64,000 bases of DNA from an uncultured Opitutaceae bacterium. Its GTDB lineage: Bacteria > Verrucomicrobiota > Verrucomicrobiia > Opitutales > Opitutaceae. The stretch is from positions 1 through 64,000 of the forward strand of contig CALFNN010000080.1 in NCBI GenBank assembly GCA_937902925.1, given 5' to 3'. A model generated the notes under the pieces. It was not told the DNA's origin and made no database searches. It saw only the letters and a list, made by a program, of their open reading frames with translations. Made by a program: the position numbers and the translations under genes. Positions 26,839-36,606 of the stretch are shown here, piece by piece; the stretch's first letter is position 1, and each line of letters opens with the position of its first letter.

Positions 26839-27285
26839 TCAGACGCCGTCGATCTTTTTGATCCGGGCGAGATGGCGGCCGCCTTCGAAGTCGGTGGTCA
26901 GCCAGGTGCGCACGATCTGCAGCGCCTCGGGTTCGGTCACGGTGCGCTGGCCGATGGAGAGGACGTTGCCGTCGTTGTGGGCGCGATTCCAGATGGCGAG
27001 CTGGTCGTTCCAGCAGACGCCGCAGCGGATGCCGCGGACACGGTTGGCGACGATGGCCTCGCCGTTGCCGGAGCCGCCGAGCACGATGCCGCGCTCGAAT
27101 TCGCCGCGGGCCACCGCCTCGGCGACGGGGCGGATGAAATCGGGATAGTCGCACGCCGCATCCGAGTTCGTGCCGAAATCGCGCACGGTGTGGCCGGCGG
27201 CGAGCAGCATGGTCTTGATGGCTTCCTTGTAGGCGAAGCCGGCGTGATCGGAGCCGATGGCGATGGAATACAGCGGGGAGGTCAT
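26839..27285 (-). CDS. rpiB: ribose-5-phosphate isomerase B
   Basis: YSIAIGSDHAGFAYKEAIKTML...GIVLGGSGNGEAIVANRVRGIRCGVCW are RpiB/LacAB motifs. Only the C-terminal 148 aa of track ORF 26839-27981 are genic; start at cat 27283-27285. Confidence 0.85.
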   Translation of the reverse strand: MTSPLYSIAIGSDHAGFAYKEAIKTMLLAAGHTVRDFGTNSDAACDYPDFIRPVAEAVARGEFERGIVLGGSGNGEAIVANRVRGIRCGVCWNDQLAIWNRAHNDGNVLSIGQRTVTEPEALQIVRTWLTTDFEGGRHLARIKKIDGV

Positions 27286-27328
27286 GGGCGATGGGTCAAG
27301 GGTGGCGGGCGAGGAAAAGCGGTGGCGG

Positions 27329-28006
27329 TCAACCGACGAGATTCCAGAACGCGGCGGCGTCCGCAAGGTCGGGCAGCGCGGCGTCGGGTGCGTGGGCGCG
27401 GAGCGAGTCGAGCGAATGGCTGCCGGTGGCGAGCGCGAGCGTGCGCGCGCCGATCGCCCGGCCGCAGGCGATGTCGTGCGGGGTGTCGCCGATGACCCAG
27501 ACGCGAGTGGGCTCGAAATCGACGCCGGCGTGTTCGCGCGCGCGACGAAGCGCGTGCGGGCCGAGGTCGTTGCGGTGTTCGCTGTCGTCGGCAAAGGCGC
27601 CGAACGGGAAATGGTCCCAGAGCCCGTGGTGCCCGAGCTTCGCCTGCGCCCCGCGGCGGATGTTGCCGGTGAGCAGGCCCTGGGTGACATCGGGGCGCGC
27701 GGCGGCGGCGGCCAGCAACGCGCGGACGCCGGGCAGCACGCGGGCGTGCGGGTTGGCGAGCGCGGCGGGCAGCGCGGCGACGTAGGCCTCCAGGTAGCGC
27801 GCGAAATTCTCCTCGGTCGCCGGGAGCGAAAATTTCTCGAAAATACGGCGGAGAATCCAGCGGTCGGTGCGACCGGCAAAATCGATGTCGTCGAGCGGGC
27901 CGTCGACCGCGAACACGCGGGCCAGCGCGACCTGCAGCGCCCGCAGGCCCGCGCCGCCGGAGGCGAGGAGGGTGCCGTCAATGTCCCAGAGGAGGAGTGT
28001 TTTCAA
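27329..28006 (-). CDS. HAD-family hydrolase (phosphoglycolate phosphatase-like)
   Basis: Motif I LLLWDIDGTLL near the N-terminus, motif IV VWVIGDTPHD. Start proposed at TTG 28004-28006 (giving MKTLLLWDIDGT); the alternative is ATG at 28090 with a 28-aa leader. Confidence 0.7.
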   Translation of the reverse strand: MKTLLLWDIDGTLLASGGAGLRALQVALARVFAVDGPLDDIDFAGRTDRWILRRIFEKFSLPATEENFARYLEAYVAALPAALANPHARVLPGVRALLAAAAARPDVTQGLLTGNIRRGAQAKLGHHGLWDHFPFGAFADDSEHRNDLGPHALRRAREHAGVDFEPTRVWVIGDTPHDIACGRAIGARTLALATGSHSLDSLRAHAPDAALPDLADAAAFWNLVG

Positions 28007-28088
28007 GATAGCGACGAAACAAAAAGCATCAAGGGGGCGTCTCAACTGGCGAGCAAAACTCGCAACCCTCAGCCAAGGAGAATGTGTC

Positions 28089-28529
28089 ATGAAAACATCC
28101 CGATTTCTCCTACCCCTCGCCGCGGCCGCTGCCGCGATTTCGCTGGCCGGCTGTGCCACACCGGCGACGCGCATCCGGGAAAACCCGGGGCTCTTCGCCA
28201 GTTACGCACCGGCGCAGCAGGACCTGATCAAGCGCGGCCAGGTGGCCGTGGGCTTCGACATGGACATGGTGCGCCTCGCCCTCGGCGATCCCGACCACGT
28301 GCGCACGCGGACGACGCCCGACGGCGTCTCGCAGGTGTGGAGCTACGTCACCTACGAGAGCCCGGACGGCTACCCGCTCTACCGCGGATGGTATCACCGC
28401 TACTACGCGTGGCGCGATCCGTTTTATCCCTGGTATCTGGATTATCCGGCGCGGCGCGAGCACGAGCACATGCGCGTGGTCTTCAACCGCACCGGCCGCG
28501 TGACATCGATCGAGCAGGCGTTGAGCTGA
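28089..28529 (+). CDS. lipoprotein with SmpA/OmlA (BamE-like) domain
   Basis: MKTSRFLLPLAAAAAAISLAGC lipobox, then GQVAVGFDMDMVRLALGDPDHV resembling the BamE fold. Start trimmed to the internal ATG. Confidence 0.55.
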   Translation: MKTSRFLLPLAAAAAAISLAGCATPATRIRENPGLFASYAPAQQDLIKRGQVAVGFDMDMVRLALGDPDHVRTRTTPDGVSQVWSYVTYESPDGYPLYRGWYHRYYAWRDPFYPWYLDYPARREHEHMRVVFNRTGRVTSIEQALS

Positions 28530-28615
28530 ACCCGGGCGCGCCGGCGGCGGGGCCCGCCGCGCGCCGCCGATTTGTGCGACGGGCGCGCTAGGGGATTCCC
28601 CCGGCGCCACGCCGC

Positions 28616-31360
28616 TTGCATTGCCATGGTGCGGCTGTTTGCCTGCGCGCCATGCTGGACTGGCTCGCGGGGAACCTCGATTACCTGCTTTACGTTTTGG
28701 GGTGTGCGATCGTTTTCGGGCTGTTGGAATGGTGGCTGCGGCGGCGGGAACCGCGGGGCCGGCTGCCGCGGTGGACCTGGCCGGCGTTTGCCGCGGTGCT
28801 CGCGGTCGGCTGGTTCATCGTCGACGCGGCGGGCGACGCGGAGCACGCGCGGATCGAGGGCTTCCTGCAAGGGGTGGCGCCGACCTACGCGCAGGAGATC
28901 GAGCGGATGGGGCACGAGCGGATCACGCGCGCCACGCCGCCGGACGATCCCGGCTACCTCGCGATGATCGAGGCGATGAAGCGGTGGAAAAAAGCGAACC
29001 CGGTCATCAGCGACGTCTACACCTACCGCCGGATCGACGGGAAGGTGCGGCTGATGGTCGACAGCGAGACGGACTACGATCACGACGGAAAGATCGCGGG
29101 GACGCGCGAACAGCGCGTGCCGATCGGCAAGGAGTATCCGGAGGCGGATCCGGACATGCTCCGGGCGCTCGACGGCAGGACGACATTTTCGGAGCAACCG
29201 GTGGCGGACGAGTGGGGCGTCTGGGTCAGCGCGCAAGTGCCGTTGCGCGACAGTGCGGGCCGCGTCGAGGGCGCGCTGGGCGTCGACTACCCCGCGGATG
29301 CGTGGCTCCAGGCGATCGCGCTCGGCCGGCAGCGCATGGAGTGGTTCCTCGCGATTCCGCTGCTGATCCTCGGGTTCGCCGGGGCGGTGACGGGGGTGTT
29401 GCGCGCGGAACTGGGGGCGCGGCGCGCCGTGGAAGCGCGACTGGGCGAGAGCGAGGCGCGGCTGCGGACCGCGATCGACAACCTGCCGTGCGATTTTTGG
29501 ATGATGGATGGCTCGCTGCGCTACACGCTGGTCAACGCGGCCTCGCGCGAGCACTGGGGCGACAACGTGGGCCGCGGGCTCGACGACCTGAAAATCGCGC
29601 AGGCGACACGCCTCGAATGGGCGGAGGTGAACCGCCGGGCGTTTGCCGGCGAGGTCGTGCGGCACGAGGTCGTCTACGAGCTGCGCGGCCGGCGGCACCA
29701 CTACTCGAGCATGGTCGCCCCGGTGCGCGTGGACGGGAAGGTGATCGCGATCCTCGGCGTGAATTTCGACATCACGGACCGGGTCGAGACCGAGGCGGCG
29801 CTGCGCCGCTCGGAGGAAAAACTCGCGTTGCACGTCCGCCAGACGCCGCTCGCGGTGATGGAGTGGAACCTCGCCTTCCGGGTCACGGCGTGGAACCCGT
29901 CGGCGGAGCGGATCTTTGGCTTCACCGCGGCGGAGGCGATGGGGCGGCACGCGGTCGGGCTCATCGTCGCGGAGCCCGGCCGCTCGCACGTCGAGCGGAT
30001 CTGGGCGGCGCTGCTGACGCACAAGGGCGGCACGCGCAGCACCAACGAGAACATCACGAAGGACGGCCGCGTGATCCGCTGCGAGTGGTATAACACGCCG
30101 CTCGTCGACGGCTCGGGGGCGGTGATCGGCGTCGCGTCCAGCGTGCAGGACATCACCGAGCGCGAGGTGCTGGAGCGGCAGCTGCACCAGGCGCAGAAGA
30201 TGGAGTCCGTCGGCCAGCTCGCGGGCGGCGTCGCCCACGAGTTCAACAACCTGCTCACGCCAATGCTCGTGCAGACCGACCTGATCGGGTTTCACTATGC
30301 ACAGGACGCGAAGCTGCTCGCCATGCTGCACCCGGTGCAGGAGGCGATCCAGCAGGCGGCGCAGCTGAACCAGCGCATCCTGGCCGTGGGGCGGCGCGGG
30401 ACGGAGCAGCGGGAATTCCAGCCGCTCAACCCGCTGGTGGAAAACGCCGTCGCCCTGCTGCGCCCCGCGCTCGACCGCCGGGTCGAGCTCACGATGGCGC
30501 TGACCCCCGGCCTGCCGGCGGTGCTGGTCGACCGGGCCCAGATCACGCAGGTCGTGATGAACCTCGTGCTCAACGCGCGCGACACAGTGCTCGAGCGCCA
30601 CCAGAAGCACATCGCGCCCGGCTGGGTTCCGCGGATCACGATCGCCACCGCGGCGGCGACCTCGGCGGAACGGCGCGACGGCGCCTCGGCGTCGCCGTTT
30701 GCGCAACCGTGCGAGCGGCTGACCGTGACCGACAACGGCTGCGGGATTTCCCCGGAACTCGGGACGCGGATCTTCGAACCGTTCGTGACGACGAAAGCCC
30801 CGGGCCAGGGCACGGGCCTCGGGCTTTCCGTGGTGTGGAGCGTGGTGCACAGTCTCGACGGATGGATCGAGTTCGAGCCGGGTCCGGCGGGCGAAGGCAC
30901 GAGCTTTCATGTGTTCCTGCCGTTGCTCGAACCGCCCGCGGCGCTGGTCGGCGGCACGATGAAAACGGCGGCGGGCGAATTCAGGCTGGGCCGCGCGGCG
31001 GCGCGACCCCTGCGCGTGCTGCTGGTCGAGGACAACGCACTGGTGGCGGACACGTTCGCCGCGCTGCTCACGACGGCGGGGCACACGGTCACGGCGGCGG
31101 TCGACGGCCAGGAAGGCTGGGAACTGTTCAAGACTCCTGGCGCGCACCACGATTTGGTGCTGGCCGACTACAATATGCCGCGACTGAACGGCGCCGAGCT
31201 GCTGGAACGCATCAAGGGCTCGGGCTTCGCCGGCCGGGTCGTGATTGTCAGCGGTTACCTGACCAGCGACAAAGTCGAAGAGCTGACGCGGCTCGGCGCG
31301 GACGCGGTGCTGAAAAAGCCCGTGACACCGGCGAAGCTGCTGGCGGCGCTCGAGGGGTAG
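28616..31360 (+). CDS. hybrid sensor histidine kinase/response regulator with periplasmic sensor and PAS domains
   Basis: Two TM helices flanking a periplasmic domain, two PAS-like segments, HisKA (GVAHEFNNLLTP), HATPase (DNGCGISPE...GTGLGLSVV), C-terminal REC (LLVEDNALV...DLVLADYNMPRLNG). Confidence 0.85.
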   Translation: MHCHGAAVCLRAMLDWLAGNLDYLLYVLGCAIVFGLLEWWLRRREPRGRLPRWTWPAFAAVLAVGWFIVDAAGDAEHARIEGFLQGVAPTYAQEIERMGHERITRATPPDDPGYLAMIEAMKRWKKANPVISDVYTYRRIDGKVRLMVDSETDYDHDGKIAGTREQRVPIGKEYPEADPDMLRALDGRTTFSEQPVADEWGVWVSAQVPLRDSAGRVEGALGVDYPADAWLQAIALGRQRMEWFLAIPLLILGFAGAVTGVLRAELGARRAVEARLGESEARLRTAIDNLPCDFWMMDGSLRYTLVNAASREHWGDNVGRGLDDLKIAQATRLEWAEVNRRAFAGEVVRHEVVYELRGRRHHYSSMVAPVRVDGKVIAILGVNFDITDRVETEAALRRSEEKLALHVRQTPLAVMEWNLAFRVTAWNPSAERIFGFTAAEAMGRHAVGLIVAEPGRSHVERIWAALLTHKGGTRSTNENITKDGRVIRCEWYNTPLVDGSGAVIGVASSVQDITEREVLERQLHQAQKMESVGQLAGGVAHEFNNLLTPMLVQTDLIGFHYAQDAKLLAMLHPVQEAIQQAAQLNQRILAVGRRGTEQREFQPLNPLVENAVALLRPALDRRVELTMALTPGLPAVLVDRAQITQVVMNLVLNARDTVLERHQKHIAPGWVPRITIATAAATSAERRDGASASPFAQPCERLTVTDNGCGISPELGTRIFEPFVTTKAPGQGTGLGLSVVWSVVHSLDGWIEFEPGPAGEGTSFHVFLPLLEPPAALVGGTMKTAAGEFRLGRAAARPLRVLLVEDNALVADTFAALLTTAGHTVTAAVDGQEGWELFKTPGAHHDLVLADYNMPRLNGAELLERIKGSGFAGRVVIVSGYLTSDKVEELTRLGADAVLKKPVTPAKLLAALEG

Positions 31361-31423
31361 GGGCGCGGCGAAGGAATCCCCGGCGCGCCTCGATTCGGAG
31401 CGTGAAGCCGCCCGTCCCGCCGG

Positions 31424-33586
31424 TCAGCGCGCCTGCGCCGGGTAGCGCCGGAGATCGAGGGTGTAGCGGCTCTCGGGCGGGAAATCGATTTTGGGAATGA
31501 AACGCTCCTGGCCGAGCGTTTTCTTCCACGGCTCCCAGCGCTCGGCGCGACGGGCGGCGGCCTCGGCGTCGTCGGCGGGGACGGCGGCGTAGTCGGCGTT
31601 GCGGGGATTCCAGACGTGCCAGCGGGCGGCGGCCACGACGCGCAGCGTGGCGCGATCGACCCATTCGAGCAGCAGCGGCGCGTGCACGGGGACGTGCGGC
31701 TGGAGCGACGGCGTGAGATAAAACGCGCGATAGCGGATGCCGCAGGCGCAGCCCCCGTCGGCCGTCGGGCGGAATTCGCAGGGGAGGCCGTTGACGAGGA
31801 GGAGGCCGCCCTCGAGGAACTTTTTATCGGAGAGACGCGCCTCGAGGCGGTCGACGCTCGAGTCGACGGTGCGGGCGACGGTGCCGGCGTTGGGCGACTC
31901 GCCGAGGAGCGGCCACGCTTCGAGCGCCTGGCGAAACTCGAGGGCGAACTCGCCGTTTTTTTTGTCGCCCAAGGCGAACTCACCGAGTTTCGGGAAACGA
32001 AATTCCCACGGCGGGCGGAGCCATGCGGGGTCGAACGCGATGGCGTGTTTTTTCAGATCCTCGCAGATCGCGACGAGGTCCTCCCGGACAAAGGCGGGGA
32101 GAAAGAACCGGTCGTGGAGTTCGCCGGCCCAGCGGACGAAGGGCGCCGGGAACGGCGCGGCGCAGAGGCGCGCGAGGATGGCACGGACGAAGAGAGCGGT
32201 GACGGATTGGACGGCGGGCGCGGGATGGGTCTCGAACGCGCGGAACTCGACGAGGCCGAGACGGCCGTTCGGCGCCCAAGGGTTCCAGAGCTTGTCGACG
32301 CTGATCTCGGCGCGGTGGGTGTTGCCCGAGCGATCCATCAGCAGGTCGCGGAAGAGCAGATCGAAGAGCGCGAGATTTTGCGGCGAGCCGAGATTTTCGG
32401 CGCCGGCGCAGGCAAGCTCGAGTTCGTAGAGCGCCTCGAAGGTGGACTCGTCGATCCGCGGTGCCTGCGAGCTCGGGCCCATGTAGGCGCCGGTGAAGGC
32501 GTAACTGAGCGCCGGGTGGTGCTGCCAGTAGCGGATGATCGACGGGAGCAGCGCGGGGAACGCGAAGAACGGCGAGAGCAGGCCGGCGGGTCCGCCGAAA
32601 ACAAGGTGCGCGCCGCCGCCGGTGCCGACCTCGCGGCCGTCGAACTGGAGCTTCCGCGCGCAGAGGCCGCAGGTTTGCGCCGCGGCGAAAAGTTGGGCGA
32701 GCTGCCGGTCGAAGTCGACCCAGGTCGCGCAGGGCGAGACGTTGATCTCAAGCACGCCCGGATCGCTGGCGAGGCCGACGGTCGGCAGCGCGGCGTCGGC
32801 CGGCGGCGCGTAGCCGGCGAGCACGACGTCGGCGAGTTTCAGTTTGGCGAGGGTCTTTTCGATCTGCGGGAGCAGGTCGCAATAAGCGGGGAGCAGCAGC
32901 GGCGGGATGAAAATCGTCAGGGTGCCGGCGCGGATTTCGGCGGTGAGGGCGCGGCGGAGATTTTTCTCGCCGAGCTTCGCGAGCGGCAGGCGGAGGCCGG
33001 CGGGGCTTTCGCCGGGAAAAAGCGGCAGCGGGCCGGCGCCGAGCGCGGGCGTCCAGTCGTCGGTGAGCCAGCGCGTGCCGTCGTGGTCGAGCGGGAGGAC
33101 GCAGCCCGTGACAGCGTCGGGGGCCGCCGTCTCGGCGAACGGGAGGCAGTGCGTAGAGTCGACGGCGAGGGATTTGGCGAGGGCGACCGCGAATTTTTTC
33201 GCATCGGCCGGAGTGTGCGGGCCGGGTTCGGTGTCGGCGCGGAGGCGGGTGATATCGCGCCAGAGCCGCGTGCCGTCAGCGCGATGCTGGATGAGCAGCG
33301 CCCAGCGCGGCAGCGGTTCGCCGGGATAATGTTTGCCGGAAGTCTCGAGGATGACGGAGCCGGGAAACGCGGAGCGAACGAGTTCGCGAGCCAGGCGGCG
33401 CGCATAGGCGAGTTTCGTGGGGCCGAGTGCGGCGGTCTGCCACTCGGCGCCGCTGGGAGCGGCGGGAACGAAGGTGGGCTCGCCGCCCATCGTGAGCGAG
33501 ACGTGGTGGCGGTGGAGCGAGGACTCGACGGCGCGGCCGCACGCGAGGATTTTCTTCCAGACGGGAGCGGCGTAGGGCGTGGTCAT
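31424..33586 (-). CDS. DUF2126-like large protein of the cpATP-grasp/alpha-E/transglutaminase cluster
   Basis: 720 aa with no TM; the pattern (PTFVPAAPSGAEW...) and position 3' of two transglutaminase genes fit the DUF2126 family member of this conserved cluster. Assignment from memory of family features only. Confidence 0.55.
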   Translation of the reverse strand: MTTPYAAPVWKKILACGRAVESSLHRHHVSLTMGGEPTFVPAAPSGAEWQTAALGPTKLAYARRLARELVRSAFPGSVILETSGKHYPGEPLPRWALLIQHRADGTRLWRDITRLRADTEPGPHTPADAKKFAVALAKSLAVDSTHCLPFAETAAPDAVTGCVLPLDHDGTRWLTDDWTPALGAGPLPLFPGESPAGLRLPLAKLGEKNLRRALTAEIRAGTLTIFIPPLLLPAYCDLLPQIEKTLAKLKLADVVLAGYAPPADAALPTVGLASDPGVLEINVSPCATWVDFDRQLAQLFAAAQTCGLCARKLQFDGREVGTGGGAHLVFGGPAGLLSPFFAFPALLPSIIRYWQHHPALSYAFTGAYMGPSSQAPRIDESTFEALYELELACAGAENLGSPQNLALFDLLFRDLLMDRSGNTHRAEISVDKLWNPWAPNGRLGLVEFRAFETHPAPAVQSVTALFVRAILARLCAAPFPAPFVRWAGELHDRFFLPAFVREDLVAICEDLKKHAIAFDPAWLRPPWEFRFPKLGEFALGDKKNGEFALEFRQALEAWPLLGESPNAGTVARTVDSSVDRLEARLSDKKFLEGGLLLVNGLPCEFRPTADGGCACGIRYRAFYLTPSLQPHVPVHAPLLLEWVDRATLRVVAAARWHVWNPRNADYAAVPADDAEAAARRAERWEPWKKTLGQERFIPKIDFPPESRYTLDLRRYPAQAR

Positions 33587-33595
33587 GGCGGCGGA

Positions 33596-34465
33596 CTACA
33601 ATTTGTCGACGGTCAGCGTGGCATGCAGGTTCGACGCCACCGGGCCGGAGCTGTAGAAATTGCCCTGGATCGGGTTGACGCTTTCGGCGAGGGCGGAATG
33701 GGCGAGGGGAACGAAGTTGTCGTCGCAAAAAATCCCGCGCGTCGGATCGAGGCCGCGCCAGCCGGCGCCGGGCAGATAGACCTCGGCCCACGCGTGGAGC
33801 GCCGGGGGCAGCGGCGAGGCGAGGTCGGGGGCGGGCGGTTCGTGGAGGTAGCCGCTGACGAAGCGGGCGGCGAGGCCGAGTGTGCGGCAGAGGGCGATGA
33901 AAAACACGGCGTAGTCGCGACACGAGCCGCCGCCGCGCGCGAGCGTGCCGGCCGGCGTCTGGATGCCGGGTTCGTCGCGGCGCGCGTAGACGAGCGCCTG
34001 GCGGACGGCGGAGTTCAGTGCGGAAAGAAAAGCGACGGTGTCGGCCGGCGGCGAGGGCAGGTGGGCGGCGAGCCAGGCGCGGAGCTGGGTTTCGTCGGAG
34101 CCGGCCGGCGGCACGAGGCAGGGCGAGAGCGCGTAAAGCTCGGCGGGCTCGTAGGCGAAGGGAAAGGAGAGCGCGGACGACTTGAGAAAGAAATCGAACG
34201 GGTTGGCGTCGAGCGTCTCGGCGAGGATTTCCGAGCGAAACTCAAGGACGGTGGCGGGCGTGTCGGCGGCGAAAAACGCCCACTCGAGGGCGTTGCCCTC
34301 GACGTCGCTGGTGGCGACGCGGCGGGCGGCGGGGCTGACGTCGAGCTTGAACTCGTGCAGCCGCTGGCGCGGCGTCTCCCGCGGGCGGAGGTAAATCGCA
34401 TGCGGCGCAAACGTCACCGGCTGCGCGTAGGTGTAGCGCGTGAGATGGTGGATGCGGAGAAACAT
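33596..34465 (-). CDS. transglutaminase-family protein (Bact_transglu_N + TGase core)
   Basis: MFLRIHHLTRYTYAQPV N-terminal domain and catalytic Cys context GGGSCRDYAVFFIALCRTLGLAARFVSGY, with His/Asp downstream. Confidence 0.8.
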   Translation of the reverse strand: MFLRIHHLTRYTYAQPVTFAPHAIYLRPRETPRQRLHEFKLDVSPAARRVATSDVEGNALEWAFFAADTPATVLEFRSEILAETLDANPFDFFLKSSALSFPFAYEPAELYALSPCLVPPAGSDETQLRAWLAAHLPSPPADTVAFLSALNSAVRQALVYARRDEPGIQTPAGTLARGGGSCRDYAVFFIALCRTLGLAARFVSGYLHEPPAPDLASPLPPALHAWAEVYLPGAGWRGLDPTRGIFCDDNFVPLAHSALAESVNPIQGNFYSSGPVASNLHATLTVDKL

Positions 34466-34492
34466 GGGCGGACGGGCGGCGGCGCGCCGCGG

Positions 34493-35353
34493 CTAGACGG
34501 CGACGGGCGCGGCCGTCTCGCGGACGGTGACCTCGACCTTGAGCGAACGCGTGGGCGCGCCGCGGTAGGTGCCGTTGACGGGGCGGATGTCCGCGTAGTC
34601 GCGACCGACCGCGACCTTGACGTAACGATCGTCGGCGGCGCGGTTGTGCGTCGGGTCGAACGCGGCCCAGCCGTGGCCGGGCACGTAGGCCTCGATCCAC
34701 GCGTGCGAGGCCTCGATCTCGCGCGGACGGCGGGTGTCGTTGAAAAAATAACCGCTCACGTAGCGGGCGGGAATGCCGACGCTGCGGCAGAGACCGAGGA
34801 GCACGTGGGCGAAATCCTGGCAGACGCCCGTGCGCAGCTTGAGCGCCTCGGGGGCGCGCGTGTTCACGCCGGTGGAGTTCGGTTTGTAGGCGAAGGTCTT
34901 GTAGATGTGTTCGCCGAGGCGGCGGACATCGCTCCACACATCGGCACGGCCCACCGCGAGCGCGTCCTGGGCCTCGCGCCAGAGTTCGACGTCGAGCGGG
35001 ACGTAGTTGGAACTCGTGTAGAACTCGGCGAGCATCTCACGCTCCGGGGCGACCTCGAGCGCGGCGGCGGAGACGACGGGCACGGCGGGGCGCTCGGCCG
35101 TCGGCACCGTGTCGACCATGGACGTGGCCTCGATGATCAACTTGGTGTGCGGTGCGGCGACGTCGAAGTAGTGGATGGTGTTGCCGTAAAAGTCCTCGTA
35201 TTCGCGGGTCGCGGCCGACGGCGTGAGCTCGAGCTGGAACTCGCGGCAATGCTGCAGCGGATCGCGCAACGGCTGGAGGCGGACCTCGTTGAAGCTGTCG
35301 TGCGCCTTGCCGGCGTAGGTGAAGGTGGTGCGATGGACAACGCGAAGATTCAT
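34493..35353 (-). CDS. transglutaminase-family protein (paralog)
   Basis: MNLRVVHRTTFTYAG...TGVCQDFAHVLLGLCRSVGIPARYVSGY...ASHAWIEAY. Start at cat 35351-35353; upstream 73 codons are run-on. Confidence 0.8.
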   Translation of the reverse strand: MNLRVVHRTTFTYAGKAHDSFNEVRLQPLRDPLQHCREFQLELTPSAATREYEDFYGNTIHYFDVAAPHTKLIIEATSMVDTVPTAERPAVPVVSAAALEVAPEREMLAEFYTSSNYVPLDVELWREAQDALAVGRADVWSDVRRLGEHIYKTFAYKPNSTGVNTRAPEALKLRTGVCQDFAHVLLGLCRSVGIPARYVSGYFFNDTRRPREIEASHAWIEAYVPGHGWAAFDPTHNRAADDRYVKVAVGRDYADIRPVNGTYRGAPTRSLKVEVTVRETAAPVAV

Positions 35354-35414
35354 GGCGTCGGGCCGGGTGGGCGGGGCGCGGCGGAAGGGGAGCGGGAACG
35401 GAACGAGGCGACAG

Positions 35415-36467
35415 CTATTGCTGCTGCTGTTGCTGCTGCTGTTCCTCGATCGAGGACTCCGCGGGGTAAAACATGGTCGTCTGGACGACTTCGTCGCCGA
35501 TGGTGTCGAGGGTGGCTTGGATATCCATGAGGAATTCGTGCAGGCCTTGGTCCAGCACATCGGTGATGGCAAGCGATTGCAGGTCGGCGAGGAGGCGGCG
35601 CGAGGCGCGGCCGGCGGCGGTGCGGGGGCGGGCGCCGGTCTCGCCGAGGATGCGGCGGAGAAACTCGTCGACCTGCGCGACGCAGAAATGCAGCGAGCGG
35701 GGGAAGGAGTCGGAAAAAATGAGAAACTCGCCGACCTTCCACGGAAGGATTTCGCGGACGTAGAAACGGCGGTAGGCCTCGAGCGCGCTGGCGGAGCGGA
35801 GCACGGCCTGCCATTGCGCGGTGTCGACCGCGCCGCCGACGTCGGTCGCGCTGGGAAGCAGGATGTGGTATTTGACGTCGAGGATGCGGGTGGTCTTGTC
35901 GGCGCGCTCGAGGTATTTGCCGAACTCGATGAATTCCCAGCCCTCGCTGCGCGAATAGGTCGAGGTCGTGAGGCCCTGGAAGAGATGGGCGGCGCGCTTG
36001 ACGTTGTTGAAGAACTCGCCGGCGCCCGTCGCCCAGATCTCCTCGGAGCTGCGGTCGTGGAGGTAGAGGTAGAGCTCGTTGATCGTCTCCCACATCTCGG
36101 CGGAGATCTGGTCGCGGATCATGCGGGCGTTCTCGCGCGCGGCGTTGACGCAGCCGCGGATGGAGTTCGGATTACGCAGGTCGAACGCGAAATACTCGGT
36201 GACGTTGTGGCTGTCGGCGATGTCGTAGTGCTTCGCGAATAATTCCTCGTCGCCCGAGCTGAGCAGGATCGAGCCCCAGTGCTCCTTGATGGTGGTGTCG
36301 GTGAAGCCCTGGAAATCGAGCAGGAGCTGGAGGTTGACGTCGAGGAGGCGCGAGAGGTTTTCGGCGCGCTCGATGTAACGGCTCATCCAATAGAGCGAGT
36401 GCGCGACGCGGGACAGCATCACGGTCGCCTGCGGGCGGAGGAGGGGGGCGTTGGCGGGGGTGGGCAT
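35415..36467 (-). CDS. alpha-E domain protein (DUF403), with C-terminal poly-Gln tail
   Basis: MLSRVAHSLYWMSRYIERAENLSRLLDV is the canonical alpha-E N-terminus. Ends EEQQQQQQQQ, encoded by (CAG/CAA)8. Confidence 0.8.
   Translation of the reverse strand: MPTPANAPLLRPQATVMLSRVAHSLYWMSRYIERAENLSRLLDVNLQLLLDFQGFTDTTIKEHWGSILLSSGDEELFAKHYDIADSHNVTEYFAFDLRNPNSIRGCVNAARENARMIRDQISAEMWETINELYLYLHDRSSEEIWATGAGEFFNNVKRAAHLFQGLTTSTYSRSEGWEFIEFGKYLERADKTTRILDVKYHILLPSATDVGGAVDTAQWQAVLRSASALEAYRRFYVREILPWKVGEFLIFSDSFPRSLHFCVAQVDEFLRRILGETGARPRTAAGRASRRLLADLQSLAITDVLDQGLHEFLMDIQATLDTIGDEVVQTTMFYPAESSIEEQQQQQQQQ
35418..35446. repeat. (CAG/CAA)8 trinucleotide repeat encoding a poly-Q tail
   Basis: ttgctgctgctgttgctgctgctg on plus strand, in frame at the 3' end of the alpha-E gene. 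Confidence 0.8.
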
Positions 36468-36600
36468 GCTTTTCAGAAGCTCCAGACTTCAAGCGCCAAG
36501 CTCCAGAGAAACCTCGAAAATCGAAGTCGGGAAAATCAGGAGCTGGGAGGTTGGGAGCTTCATGGGAGCTTGGAGATTGGTGCCGGGAGCTTCCGGCTCG
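36468..36600. repeat. intergenic palindromic repeat element (CCAAGCWCC-unit family), copy C (inverted)
   Basis: caagcgccaagctccagagaaacctcgaaa is the reverse complement of tttgaagtttctctggagcttgg in copies A/B; also ggagcttggagattggtgccgggagctt. Confidence 0.65.
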
Positions 36601-36606
36601 TCCGGC

